From an uncultured Thermoplasmata archaeon (lineage in GTDB: Archaea > Thermoplasmatota > Thermoplasmata > UBA10834): DNA of 64,000 nt. The notes under the pieces are model-generated. The model made no database searches and was not told the origin of the DNA. It saw only the letters and a program-made list of their open reading frames with translations. Position 1 is the first letter of the stretch, and each line of letters starts with the position of its first letter. Location: assembly GCA_963719945.1 (NCBI GenBank), contig CAVRDX010000004.1, forward strand, positions 256,001 through 320,000. Direction: 5' to 3'. Below, piece by piece: positions 20,665 through 30,602 of this stretch. The translations under genes were made by a program, and so were the position numbers.

Positions 20665-21482
20665 CAGATGGTTGGCTTATCAAGAACATGAGGGCCATCC
20701 GGGGCCGTGCATATCCTAGGGTGATCGGTGCGGGCAGGGAGCCCAGCTGGATCTTCTTCGAGATAGTGTTGCCCCTGTTCACAGTCGCCGCCTACGCGTA
20801 CATCTATAAGTTCATGGACGCGCGCGCGGAGCTGATCGGATATGTCGTGCTGGGCGGTGCCATGACCGCCTTCTGGTTGAACGTGCTCTGGAACATGGCA
20901 TCCCAATTCTACTGGGAGAAGGAGATAGGGAACCTCCAGTTGTACATGATAGCGCCTATCTCCAGGATGTCTGTGCTGGCGGGAATGGCCCTGGGCGGCA
21001 TGTTCTCGACCACACTGCACGCCGCATCGACATTGCTGATAGGGACGATGCTGTTCAACATCGCGTTCCAGGTCGTCGACCCGATCATGTTGATACTGAT
21101 ATTCGCCACGACGCTTGTGGCCCTTTACGGCATGGGCATGATGTTCGCCTCGATGTATCTGTTATTTGGTCGCGAGGCTCATCATCTCTCCAACCTGCTG
21201 ACGGACCCAGTGTATCTGGTATCGGGTTTCTATTTCCCGGTGAATTCCCTTGGGAAATATGCTGCAGCCGGCGCTTCGTTGATCCCGGTCACCTTGGGCC
21301 TCGACGCGTTGCGTCAACTGTTCTTCTCGAATGTCTCAGGGGATGGGTTCCTGCCTCTCAACATCGAGCTACTCATACTCGTCGGACTTAGCATCCTGTT
21401 CATGGTGCTCGCGAAGTACTCGCTCTCGTACATGGAGTACCTGGGCAAGACGACTGGGAGGTTGACTTTGAGATGGCAATAA
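20661..21482 (+). CDS. ABC-2 type permease
   Basis: About 6 TM; EKEIGNL, SGFYFPV and PVTLGLDALR. Confidence 0.88.
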   Translation: MTDGWLIKNMRAIRGRAYPRVIGAGREPSWIFFEIVLPLFTVAAYAYIYKFMDARAELIGYVVLGGAMTAFWLNVLWNMASQFYWEKEIGNLQLYMIAPISRMSVLAGMALGGMFSTTLHAASTLLIGTMLFNIAFQVVDPIMLILIFATTLVALYGMGMMFASMYLLFGREAHHLSNLLTDPVYLVSGFYFPVNSLGKYAAAGASLIPVTLGLDALRQLFFSNVSGDGFLPLNIELLILVGLSILFMVLAKYSLSYMEYLGKTTGRLTLRWQ

Positions 21483-22351
21483 TCCACGACCTCCGGACGC
21501 TCAAGAACGCCGCATGGCTCGGCTGGCAGATGGAGGCGAACTGGACCGACCCGTTCCTGTTCGCCACTTATTCGATAGTGAAACCCATCAGCGCGACCTT
21601 GATCCTGGTGTTCATGTACATGGTAGTGACCGGCGGGGAGACATCCACGCCCTTCTTCTCCTACATGTACATCGGGAACGCCCTCTACATGTACGTCGCC
21701 GAGGTGCTGTTCGGCGTGACTTGGGTCATCCACGACGATAGGGAGCACTACATGACCCTGAAACAGGTGTACATCGCCCCCATCAAGTTCTACATGTACA
21801 TACTCGGCCGTTCAGCGATAAAGATCGCGATAACCTCCGCGGGCGTGTTCATTACCCTCCTCTTCGGAGTGATCGTGCTAGGGGTCGGGATAGACATTGG
21901 AGCGATAGACTGGCCGCTGTTCGCAGTCTCCATGCTCCTCGGTATGAGCTGCATATGCGTGCTCGGCCTTGCGCTGGGTGGGGTCACGTTCCTCACGGCG
22001 AAGCACTCGATCGGCATAAACGAAGGTGTCGCCGGCGTGTTCTATGTGCTCTCAGGAGTCATATTCCCTATCACCGCCCTTCCCGGATGGGCACAGTCGA
22101 TATCCAAGGTCCTGCCGGTGACCTACTGGATGGATTCGATGCGCCGGGCGCTGATGCCGGAGACGATGAACGAGCTCAACTCCCTGTCGGGCATGGACGT
22201 GACCGGTCTGGGCACGTTGGACAACCTGTTCATAATGTCGTTCCTGGCACTATCCACCGCCGTCTTCTTCATGTTATCCATGGGCGTGTTCAAGTATGCG
22301 GACAACGTCGCCAGGAGGAAGGGCAAGATAGACTGGACCACTTCGTACTGA
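21473..22351 (+). CDS. ABC-2 type permease
   Basis: About 6 TM; SGVIFPITALP and PVTYWMDSMR. Confidence 0.88.
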   Translation: MAIIHDLRTLKNAAWLGWQMEANWTDPFLFATYSIVKPISATLILVFMYMVVTGGETSTPFFSYMYIGNALYMYVAEVLFGVTWVIHDDREHYMTLKQVYIAPIKFYMYILGRSAIKIAITSAGVFITLLFGVIVLGVGIDIGAIDWPLFAVSMLLGMSCICVLGLALGGVTFLTAKHSIGINEGVAGVFYVLSGVIFPITALPGWAQSISKVLPVTYWMDSMRRALMPETMNELNSLSGMDVTGLGTLDNLFIMSFLALSTAVFFMLSMGVFKYADNVARRKGKIDWTTSY

Positions 22352-22422
22352 CGCCCCAGGGAATGGTTAGTTATTTCTACCGTTCCCCGCATGGAGGTGT
22401 CCGCTCAATGAGCGCAATCATT

Positions 22423-22496
22423 GCCCGAGTGGGGTAGCTTGGATATCCTAGAAGCCTGCGGAGTTTCAGACCTGGGTTCGAATCCCAGCTCGGGCG
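22423..22496 (+). tRNA. tRNA-Arg(GCG)
   Basis: Acceptor stem GCCCGAG/CTCGGGC; anticodon arm GAAGC-CTGCGGA-GTTTC; GGTTCGAATCC; CCA not encoded. Confidence 0.95.
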
Positions 22497-22556
22497 CCTC
22501 CTTCTTTCGAATCGCAGGGCAAGAGCCATCTACACCTTAGCTCAATCCCTTGTACG

Positions 22557-23447
22557 ATGCGTCCTGAATTCGATACCATATTGAACGATCTCAGGGGAGA
22601 CAACCTCTCGGGTGCAACCGCCCTGACCATCGAGGCTTCAAAATCGCTCTGGAGAATATGCAGCGACCCGAAGACAAAACTCCAACGAAATGATGTCTCG
22701 GAGCTGGCAGTCGCTCTCGTAAGGGCCCAGCCGAACATGGGTTGCATCTGGAGCCTTGCGGATTCGTTGCTGAAGGCCGATCCCACCCCGATTGAGATAT
22801 CTCGGATGTGCGAATCGACGATCACTCATCACATGTCCGCTCCAGGCAAGCTGGCGGACATCGTCCTACCATCCATCAAGGGGAAGACCATCCTCACGAG
22901 CAGCTCTAGCAGCGCGGTTTTCAACGCACTCGTGAAAGCATCATCGGATTCGCAACTCTCGGTCTTCGCGTGTGAGTCCAGACCTCTGCGGGAGGGCGTG
23001 ATCATGGCGAGAGAACTGAGCAGCCTGGGGGTCGAAGTGACCGTGATCGCCGATGCCGCATTGGCGAAGTATTCTGCCAAGGCCGATGTCATGCTCGTGG
23101 GCTCGGATATGGTCAATGCGAACGGTGCCATCGGCAAGATCGGTATCGCTCACATGGGCCTCTCCTCCAGAGCCTATGGAACTCCGCTGCTGGTCCTGTC
23201 AGATTCCTCGAAGTTCGTGCCCGCTCCCCTCGTGGATGATTCGCGAAGACCGGACGAATTGCTCGAACCAGGTCTCACTTCAGTACGGGCGGAGAACTTT
23301 TATTTCGAGGAGGCCCCCCACGGAGCGATCTCGTCGATATTCACGGAATCCAGACAGATGACTGGTCCTGAAGCCGCCAAGATCGCTTCCGAGGTGCTGT
23401 TGGACGAGCGACTATCGGCTCTCATCGGCCGTTCTGGATCTTCCTGA
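22557..23447 (+). CDS. eIF-2B alpha/beta/delta family protein (ribose-1,5-bisphosphate isomerase-like)
   Basis: SGATAL, QPNMG, ESRPLREG, IADAA, GSD...KIG and NFYFE. Confidence 0.8.
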   Translation: MRPEFDTILNDLRGDNLSGATALTIEASKSLWRICSDPKTKLQRNDVSELAVALVRAQPNMGCIWSLADSLLKADPTPIEISRMCESTITHHMSAPGKLADIVLPSIKGKTILTSSSSSAVFNALVKASSDSQLSVFACESRPLREGVIMARELSSLGVEVTVIADAALAKYSAKADVMLVGSDMVNANGAIGKIGIAHMGLSSRAYGTPLLVLSDSSKFVPAPLVDDSRRPDELLEPGLTSVRAENFYFEEAPHGAISSIFTESRQMTGPEAAKIASEVLLDERLSALIGRSGSS

Positions 23448-24855
23448 AGAACTCGTCCAGCTTCGACAGCTCTTCCTTCGTCATCAGAGGCGTCTTCGGC
23501 TTGCTCAGTATCCTCTTCACCTCTTCGCTCGCCCTGCTGATGAGCAACCCGCGCTTGCATTCCCTCATCCTGTGCTCGATGGACGCTTCTGGACGTGCTG
23601 ATGCGATAATCTCCTTTCTGAACCTCGACATCGTATGCCTTTTGCCGATGAAATTGCCGTCCTTCGCTGCGTCCCTGATCGTGTCAAAGGAGATTGCATC
23701 GTCATCGGTGTCGAATCTTCTCGCGAACTCTTTCGCGACATCCCAGACCCACGCATCAGCCACCAGCTGCTCGAACGAGGCCCCGGTCGCCATGTCAATC
23801 CCACCGAAACCTGAGGCGAGATCCGATGGCACCATGCTCTGGATCGAGATGTGCGGCACACCCTCCCATACATTGCTCATGCCGTGTGCCAGATTCTCCA
23901 GGCCGACACCTATCACCATTGTCGGAAGTCCGTAGAATCTCCCCATCTGTCCCGCGCCGACCCTTATGAGTGGCACTTCTAGAGCGCCATAATCTATCGA
24001 GCCTGTCTTGAGGTCTCCTGGACTCGAGTCTGTGCTGTATATGAACGGGGATCCGTGCTTCGCCACCTGTGATATGACGAGGCTGGCCAGGTTCTCCGCA
24101 TTGACTTGGGCCAATGTGCCCGAAATTGTCACAGGCGAAGTCAGGCCGGTGACCGATGCGGCCATCGCGACTATCGGTATGCCGCCACGCGAGAGTTCGA
24201 CCTGCCCTTCCACCAATCCTTTCTCGAAGGTCAGAGGCGATATCGGGCATTCCACGGCCGAGAAGATGGGTCTCTTCGCGAGCCCCTCCTCCCCACCAGT
24301 GAAGATCGAGGCCATCTCGATCATCCATCGAGCCTCCTCAGTGCCGGTTGCCATGGCCTGGATGTGTTTCGTCGTGTGCATCAGTGAGATCTTGAGTTCG
24401 GTTATTCCCTTGAGCCTCACGGACTGTTCGAGTGCCCCGACCATGGGCCAGAAGAAATCTATCTGGGGGAGTTCGTTGACCAGTATAGCGAAATCCCTGA
24501 GATCATCGGATGTGGCCTGCCTCGACTCACCGGTCACCAGGTCCTTTACGAAGACCCCTTCGCCGCCGTTGGTGACATACATCCTATCGAGTGAGGGTAT
24601 GCTGATGTCGTTCTTCCCGTCCCTGGATGCCAGAAGCACTGGTCGCTTCGCATCGGCTACAGCCGACATGACGATCCTCTCGTCCAGAAGCAATCTCTTG
24701 CCGTCGTCAGACCGCCGGGCGCCTGCCTTTTCGAGCATCTCAGACACTTGCTGGCTATGGACAAGTATGCCCACTTCGTTCAGCAATCTCAACGATGTCC
24801 TGTGTATGCGCGCTATCTCCTCCTTGTCCAAGAACTCCATACGCCCTCTCGCCAT
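23422..24855 (-). CDS. Trimethylamine methyltransferase (MttB) superfamily protein, pyrrolysine-free
   Basis: IHRTSLRLLNEVGI, ISPL, PVTISGTLAQVNAENLA, G-PFIY, YGLP and SFEQLVAD; no in-frame TAG; GAGGTG upstream of ATG 24855. Confidence 0.85.
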   Translation of the reverse strand: MARGRMEFLDKEEIARIHRTSLRLLNEVGILVHSQQVSEMLEKAGARRSDDGKRLLLDERIVMSAVADAKRPVLLASRDGKNDISIPSLDRMYVTNGGEGVFVKDLVTGESRQATSDDLRDFAILVNELPQIDFFWPMVGALEQSVRLKGITELKISLMHTTKHIQAMATGTEEARWMIEMASIFTGGEEGLAKRPIFSAVECPISPLTFEKGLVEGQVELSRGGIPIVAMAASVTGLTSPVTISGTLAQVNAENLASLVISQVAKHGSPFIYSTDSSPGDLKTGSIDYGALEVPLIRVGAGQMGRFYGLPTMVIGVGLENLAHGMSNVWEGVPHISIQSMVPSDLASGFGGIDMATGASFEQLVADAWVWDVAKEFARRFDTDDDAISFDTIRDAAKDGNFIGKRHTMSRFRKEIIASARPEASIEHRMRECKRGLLISRASEEVKRILSKPKTPLMTKEELSKLDEFFRKIQNGR

Positions 24856-25037
24856 CAGCAACACCTCTCCTCTAAGCGGAACACCTGAAGCTTTCCATTT
24901 TGAATAATGTTTTGCTATTTTCGTCATTTTTGGCCAGATGTCGGTCGGATTCCGTTCAGCCGTATCGTGGATAGTGCGCAATCGATGATACTTTGATATT
25001 GACTGGCACCATTAGGCCAGCGAGGAGAATCCGGTAC

Positions 25038-25346
25038 ATGGAAGCTGAATGGCGCAAAGCCCTGTTCAGATTTCTTCTGAACAACATCGGGCAGCTCGAT
25101 CAGGACGAGTTCGATGCATGGGTCGACGATGATTTCGATATGGCGCCTCTGCTCGCTCCGTTCCTGAAGACGATGTCTGCGCATAGGGACAGGATATTGG
25201 CGGAAATGCATCAGATCTTCCCTGCAGAGGTGTTCGACAGGTTCAAGGTCGAACACCCGGAGATCGCTATCGCATCGGCGGACAGGGTTGTATTCAAGAT
25301 CGGCAAGGAACTTGAGGCGATAAAGTCCATCGTGAGTTCGCTGTGA
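25038..25346 (+). CDS. Hypothetical protein (~102 aa, helical)
   Basis: GAGGAG upstream of ATG; host-like codon usage; no recognised motif. Confidence 0.65.
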   Translation: MEAEWRKALFRFLLNNIGQLDQDEFDAWVDDDFDMAPLLAPFLKTMSAHRDRILAEMHQIFPAEVFDRFKVEHPEIAIASADRVVFKIGKELEAIKSIVSSL

Positions 25347-25660
25347 TGACTAATTCTACGTGCGAACATCGTCGTTAGAATCCGTCTACTGCCAGTGTAT
25401 TCGACCTTTTCTGGACGTCTTGGCCTAATGTTGTACGTATCGGATGTTCACGCCCTTCGTTGATGGAGAATGAATGAATCGCATACGCATCTTGATCATT
25501 TACGGATGCCAGCTATCGGTTTGGCGGACTTGTGTGTACGTGCAAAACCGTTATTATTCGGAATGGGATTTTGTTAATGAACCAGATGACAAATAATGAA
25601 GATCAGTCTGTTGATGCGGACAAGAAATGTCCATCAAAATCTCATTTTAGCCCACATTTG

Positions 25661-27511
25661 ATGGCCGATTGGCAGGAAAAGTACCGCGAGAAAGTGCGAA
25701 CGGCCGAACAGGCGATATCCACCATCCGTAGGGGAGACAAGGTCTTCATCGGGTCAGGTGCCGCAGAACCCCAGCACTTGGTCAAGGCATTGATAGATTC
25801 TGCGGGGAGGCTCGCAGATACCAGGATCATGCACATCATGACCCTCGGTGTCGCACCATACACTGAGGAGAAGTTCACGGACCAGTTCAGACATAACGCG
25901 TTCTTCATCGGCGCCAACACTAGGAAGGCGGTTTCAGAGGGAAGGGCAGATTACACTCCAGTGTTTCTATCGGAGATACCTGCGTTGTTCCGTTCGGGTC
26001 AGAGCCCGATCGATGTCGCACTTATACAGGTCTCACCACCAGACAAACACGGCTACTGCAGTTACGGAGTCTCCACAGATGTCGTGAAATCGGCTTCGGA
26101 GTCTGCCACTAAGGTGATAGCTGAGATCAATCCGCAGATGCCACGAGCACTTGGGGACTGTTTCATCAACATGGATGAAATCGATCTGGTCATCCCGATA
26201 GATGCGCCGCTCCTCTATTCCAAGCGGGACCGGGCGGATGATATTGCGAAGAAGATCGGGAAGAACATCGCAGACCTGATCGAGGACGGATCAACGATCC
26301 AGATGGGCATAGGAACGATTCCCGATTCGGTGCTGTATTATCTCACCGACAAGAAGGATCTGGGTATACACACTGAAATGTTCTCTGACGGACTTATGGA
26401 GCTTGCTCAGCGGGACGTCATCAACAACTCGAAGAAGACCTTGCACAAAGGAAAGACGATAGCATCGTTCTGCATGGGCAGCCGCGCGCTGTACGATTTC
26501 GTGGACGACAATCCTGCTATCGAGTTCCACCCGACAGAATACACGAACGACCCGTTCATCATATCGCAGAACGACAAGATGGTTGCGATAAACTCCGCAA
26601 TCGAAGTCGACCTCACAGGCCAGGTATGCGCCGACTCACTCGGTACCATGTTCTACTCCGGCATAGGAGGTCAGGTCGATTTCGTCCGTGGGTCGGCTAG
26701 GTCAAAGGGCGGGAAACCGATCATCGCACTGCCCTCGACCGCCAAGGACGATACGGTCTCCAGAATATCCGTGCACCTCCACGAGGGCGCTGGCGTCGTC
26801 ACGACTAGGGGAGATGTCCACTATGTGGTGACCGAATATGGAGCTGCGTACCTGCACGGAAAGAACATACGTGAGAGGGCGATGTCGCTCATCAGCATAG
26901 CACATCCCAAGTTCCGTCAGGATCTGATGGAAGCTGCGAAGGAACTGAACTACGTCTACGGCGACCAGAAGCTCGCGCCTCAGACGACCAGGTATCCAGA
27001 GGAATTCGAGACGGTCATGCGAGAGAAGCAGGGTAGCGATCTCCTCGTGAGACCGATCAAATCGACTGATGAGGAAATGCTCAGCGACATGTTCTACGAT
27101 CTGAGCGATCAGACTATCATCAACCGTTTCTTCAGCATGCTCAAGTCGATGCCGCACAGGAGACTCCAGGAGTTCTGTGTGATAGACTACGAATCTGAGA
27201 TATCCCTGGTGGTTCTGAAGGGCAAGGGGCCGAAGCAGAAAATGATTGGCGTGGGAAGCTATCACCTGAACCCTTCCACAAAACGCGCGGAAATAGCATT
27301 CCTTGTCGCCGATGAATGGCAGGGAAGAGGTATCGGGACATACTTGATGCATGAGCTGGTCAAGATTGCGCGACAGAAGAAGATCAGGGGATTCACCGCG
27401 GAGGTCCTGAGGGACAATGTGGCGATGATAGCCCTGATGCACAAGTCCGGCGTTCCGCCGAAGTCCGCGATTGTGAATGGAAGCTATCTGTTCACGATGG
27501 ACTTCGAATAG
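25661..27511 (+). CDS. Acetyl-CoA hydrolase/CoA-transferase fused to a C-terminal GNAT domain
   Basis: GAAEP, DYTPVFLSEIP, QMGIGTIP, HTEM, SGIGGQVDF and VVTEYG; GNAT WQGRGIGT. Confidence 0.9.
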   Translation: MADWQEKYREKVRTAEQAISTIRRGDKVFIGSGAAEPQHLVKALIDSAGRLADTRIMHIMTLGVAPYTEEKFTDQFRHNAFFIGANTRKAVSEGRADYTPVFLSEIPALFRSGQSPIDVALIQVSPPDKHGYCSYGVSTDVVKSASESATKVIAEINPQMPRALGDCFINMDEIDLVIPIDAPLLYSKRDRADDIAKKIGKNIADLIEDGSTIQMGIGTIPDSVLYYLTDKKDLGIHTEMFSDGLMELAQRDVINNSKKTLHKGKTIASFCMGSRALYDFVDDNPAIEFHPTEYTNDPFIISQNDKMVAINSAIEVDLTGQVCADSLGTMFYSGIGGQVDFVRGSARSKGGKPIIALPSTAKDDTVSRISVHLHEGAGVVTTRGDVHYVVTEYGAAYLHGKNIRERAMSLISIAHPKFRQDLMEAAKELNYVYGDQKLAPQTTRYPEEFETVMREKQGSDLLVRPIKSTDEEMLSDMFYDLSDQTIINRFFSMLKSMPHRRLQEFCVIDYESEISLVVLKGKGPKQKMIGVGSYHLNPSTKRAEIAFLVADEWQGRGIGTYLMHELVKIARQKKIRGFTAEVLRDNVAMIALMHKSGVPPKSAIVNGSYLFTMDFE

Positions 27512-27550
27512 GTTATACACCTCGTACGCAGATTACCGTCCGGGTTTCCG

Positions 27551-28393
27551 ATGCTATTGGGCGCGCATGTATCCATCACGGGAGGCGTTCAGAACGCTCC
27601 TCAACGCGCACGTGAGGTCACGTGCGATTGTATGCAGATATTCTCTAAGAACCAGATGCAATGGAAATCGAGACCTCTCGAGGCGACCGAGATCTCCCAC
27701 TTCAAAGAGGACATTGGGAAGTTCGAGATTCGCGAGACAGTCATACACGATTCATATCTGATCAACCTAGGAAGTCCTGACAAGGAGCTATTGGCGAAGT
27801 CGAGAAACGCCTTCCTGGACGAAGCGGTCAGGGCGGATCAGTTGGGTGTCAGATATCTGATATTCCACCCTGGCGCCCATGTGGGTTCCGGCGAACAGAC
27901 CGGGCTGAAGACCGTTGCGGAATCGTTGAACTGGGTGCGGAAGGAATTGGGTTCGAGCCAGGTGGAGTTCATAATCGAGATAACAGCAGGTCAGGGCAGC
28001 GTCCTCGGCCATTCTTTCGAGCAGCTTTCAAAGATAATAGATATGTTGGACGATCAGAAGCGCGCGGGCATATGTTTCGACACCTGTCACGCGTACGCTG
28101 CCGGGTACGATGTGAAGACCAGGTCCGGATACGAGAAGACATTCGTCCACCTGGACGAAGTCTTGGGGGTAGATATGGTCAAGGCCATGCACCTCAACGA
28201 TTCCAAGGGCAAGTTGGGGTCCCATCTCGACAGACACGACGAGATCGGGAAGGGTTTTCTCGGCATCGAGTGTTTCAAGCATATCGTGAACGACGACCGG
28301 TGGGAGTCCGTGCCTATGGTCCTCGAGACGCCTCAGGCCGAAAAGAATTATGCCAATGAACTCAAGACTCTCCGTTCACTCATCGAGAAGTGA
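27551..28393 (+). CDS. nfo: Endonuclease IV
   Basis: GAHVS, HDSYLINL, FHPG, CFDTCH, HLNDSK, DRH and LETP. Confidence 0.95.
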   Translation: MLLGAHVSITGGVQNAPQRAREVTCDCMQIFSKNQMQWKSRPLEATEISHFKEDIGKFEIRETVIHDSYLINLGSPDKELLAKSRNAFLDEAVRADQLGVRYLIFHPGAHVGSGEQTGLKTVAESLNWVRKELGSSQVEFIIEITAGQGSVLGHSFEQLSKIIDMLDDQKRAGICFDTCHAYAAGYDVKTRSGYEKTFVHLDEVLGVDMVKAMHLNDSKGKLGSHLDRHDEIGKGFLGIECFKHIVNDDRWESVPMVLETPQAEKNYANELKTLRSLIEK

Positions 28394-30302
28394 GTTCCTT
28401 GATGTCGATACCCGAGCTCTCCAATATGTCGACATCGCCTGGGGGCATGATGCTCTGTATCTCTTCAATCGGCACTCCGAGCCTGTCTGCCAGCACCTTC
28501 GCGAACCTGTTCTTCTCTAGCTGACCTGGGCGAATGACCACGAACTTCGTGCACTTCGCTTTGATCGCGGAGACGGGCCCACACATCATCTTGCGTTCGT
28601 TCTCGAAAATGATCTCGCCGACTGCGAGTTTGATATCGATCTTGTCGGTGTAATTCCTCTTACCTCGGATCACGAAAGCTCCCTTGGCGAGATACTCTCC
28701 ACTCTGCGGGGTCTTGCTGACCTGTTCTGGAAGCACCCAATAACCGGCCGCGGATCCTATCTTCGCGTTCCATGCTTTCGAGGTTGCGACCGCGAACTCG
28801 CATGCCTCTCTCAGGGTCTCCTCGCCCACGCCATCCTTCATCTTGACGACGATGCTCGGAGCACCGTGCATGTCTGCATGGGCGTACCTATCGCCATCGT
28901 CGAGATGCTTCTTGACAAGCATGTCGTTGCTCTTCGCGTCCTTCCCGCCGAGGACGACCGCGCCCTCGCTTGATATGAACCATCTGTATCTCTCGAACCA
29001 GAATCTCTTGGTCGGTTTGTGCTTGGTCTTCTCTGCATCGGAGGCCTTCATCTTCTTCTGCTGTTCTATCTCCTTTCTCGTCTCCACAAGGACGACGAGG
29101 AGGCCTTCGAGCTTCTTCTTGGCCTTCTTCGCATCTTCATAATATCGTTGAGCGTTGGATTCGACAGTTCCTTTTATGTCGAGCTTGTATGTTGAATCGG
29201 CGATCTTCACGGTCAGGATCGAGGACTTCTTGTCGAACGAAACCACACATGGCATGTCGCCCACTTCTCCAGATGCGTCGACGTTCCGTTTCGCAGTCGC
29301 AATGATCGTGTTGACCTCACCATATATCGCGTACAACGCATCTCCAGCAGCCTGCGAATCATTGCTCTCATTCTGGAGGCTCGTCACTGCAGCTTCCTGC
29401 TGAGCAATCTTCCTCTTTAGCTTTCCGGAATCCTTCGATTCTTCGGCGACCTTCTCCTTCTTGGTCGCGGGTTTCATCGATATGTATCCTTCAATAGCTT
29501 CCGAGAACGATGGGAATTCGCTCGTCTCTCCACCATCGTATGTCTTCATGTTGATGGGGACGACGTCTTCTACCACACCGCCTTTCTTGACGATTATCCC
29601 CTTCTCCGATTCCTTCGCCTCTTTCATCAGAGTTTTTATCATGCCGAGGATAGCGGAGGATTCCTCCACCGAGACATTCGCTGCCTCAGTGTGTGGATCA
29701 ATACCGAGTCGAGCGCACGCTTCCTCGCTGTATCTCCCTCCGAGGTTCATCCTGGTCGCTAGGGTCCTCACGATGTCTGCATCGGATGCTCTCATCATCT
29801 CAGAGATCGATTCCTGGGTCATCTCGGAAGGGTCCGGTATGGGCGGCGGGAACGCGAACTCCCTCCTCGCCCTGACGATCCTATGCTTCCAAGTACGGCT
29901 GATGAGTGGTTGGACTATGATGCCATCCTTCACGAGGACGACGTTCCCCTCGGCGAAGAGTTCCAGGACGAGTTCGTACCTGCCATCCTTCTCGAGCGTG
30001 AGCACGACTATCCTCTCGAAGCCCTGCTGTCTCACACCCGTCAACCTGGCGTTCGACACCCTCTTCCTGAGCATCATCGCGAAGTCCGTAGGCTGCTGTG
30101 GCATCTCCTTTGATTTGGCTGACCTAAAAAGCCATTTTCCGACGAAGAAATGTATGAACTCCTTTCCCTCGCCACGGCTCTTCAAGGCGAGGATCAGATG
30201 TTCCCTCGTAGGCTGATATACCTTGTCGAGGTTCCAATCGACGTACCGCTGGAGTTCCTTCACGACCGCGGTCACATCGAAACTGCTCAAGGCTTCCTTC
30301 AT
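28380..30302 (-). CDS. rqcH: Ribosome quality-control protein Rqc2/NFACT
   Basis: SSFD, FAMMLRK, ELFAEGN, WFERYRWF, GGKDAKSN, HADMHGAP and GAFVIRGKRNY. Confidence 0.92.
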   Translation of the reverse strand: MKEALSSFDVTAVVKELQRYVDWNLDKVYQPTREHLILALKSRGEGKEFIHFFVGKWLFRSAKSKEMPQQPTDFAMMLRKRVSNARLTGVRQQGFERIVVLTLEKDGRYELVLELFAEGNVVLVKDGIIVQPLISRTWKHRIVRARREFAFPPPIPDPSEMTQESISEMMRASDADIVRTLATRMNLGGRYSEEACARLGIDPHTEAANVSVEESSAILGMIKTLMKEAKESEKGIIVKKGGVVEDVVPINMKTYDGGETSEFPSFSEAIEGYISMKPATKKEKVAEESKDSGKLKRKIAQQEAAVTSLQNESNDSQAAGDALYAIYGEVNTIIATAKRNVDASGEVGDMPCVVSFDKKSSILTVKIADSTYKLDIKGTVESNAQRYYEDAKKAKKKLEGLLVVLVETRKEIEQQKKMKASDAEKTKHKPTKRFWFERYRWFISSEGAVVLGGKDAKSNDMLVKKHLDDGDRYAHADMHGAPSIVVKMKDGVGEETLREACEFAVATSKAWNAKIGSAAGYWVLPEQVSKTPQSGEYLAKGAFVIRGKRNYTDKIDIKLAVGEIIFENERKMMCGPVSAIKAKCTKFVVIRPGQLEKNRFAKVLADRLGVPIEEIQSIMPPGDVDILESSGIDIKELTSR

Positions 30303-30430
30303 CTGGATGATGAATCCTTGGACTCGCTATTAAATTATGTGTATGCGCCCAGTATGGTCAAAATAGGCCCCTCCGTCCTCAACAACCTTTTAATATGCCC
30401 GGCAAGATGACTTGCGGCCGGGCGCAGGAT

Positions 30431-30505
30431 GCCACTGTGGCTTAGAGGTATAGCGACGCCTTGGTAAGGCGTAGGTCGAGGGTTCAATTCCCTCCAGTGG
30501 CTCCA
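30431..30505 (+). tRNA. tRNA-Thr(GGT)
   Basis: GCCACTG/CAGTGGC acceptor; ACGCC-TTGGTAA-GGCGT; GGTTCAATTCC; encoded CCA. Confidence 0.95.
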
Positions 30506-30602
30506 TCTCTTCTCCGATATCCTGCAATTTCGCTTTCTACATCTCACATATCGAAAAATACGAAAATTGAAAGGGTTTTCAGAGTTTTCGACTACCGCCA
30601 GC

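Noticed and set aside
23422-24855. Pyrrolysine read-through in the MttB homologue
   Set aside because: The frame is open throughout with no in-frame TAG, and there are no pyl genes in the window.
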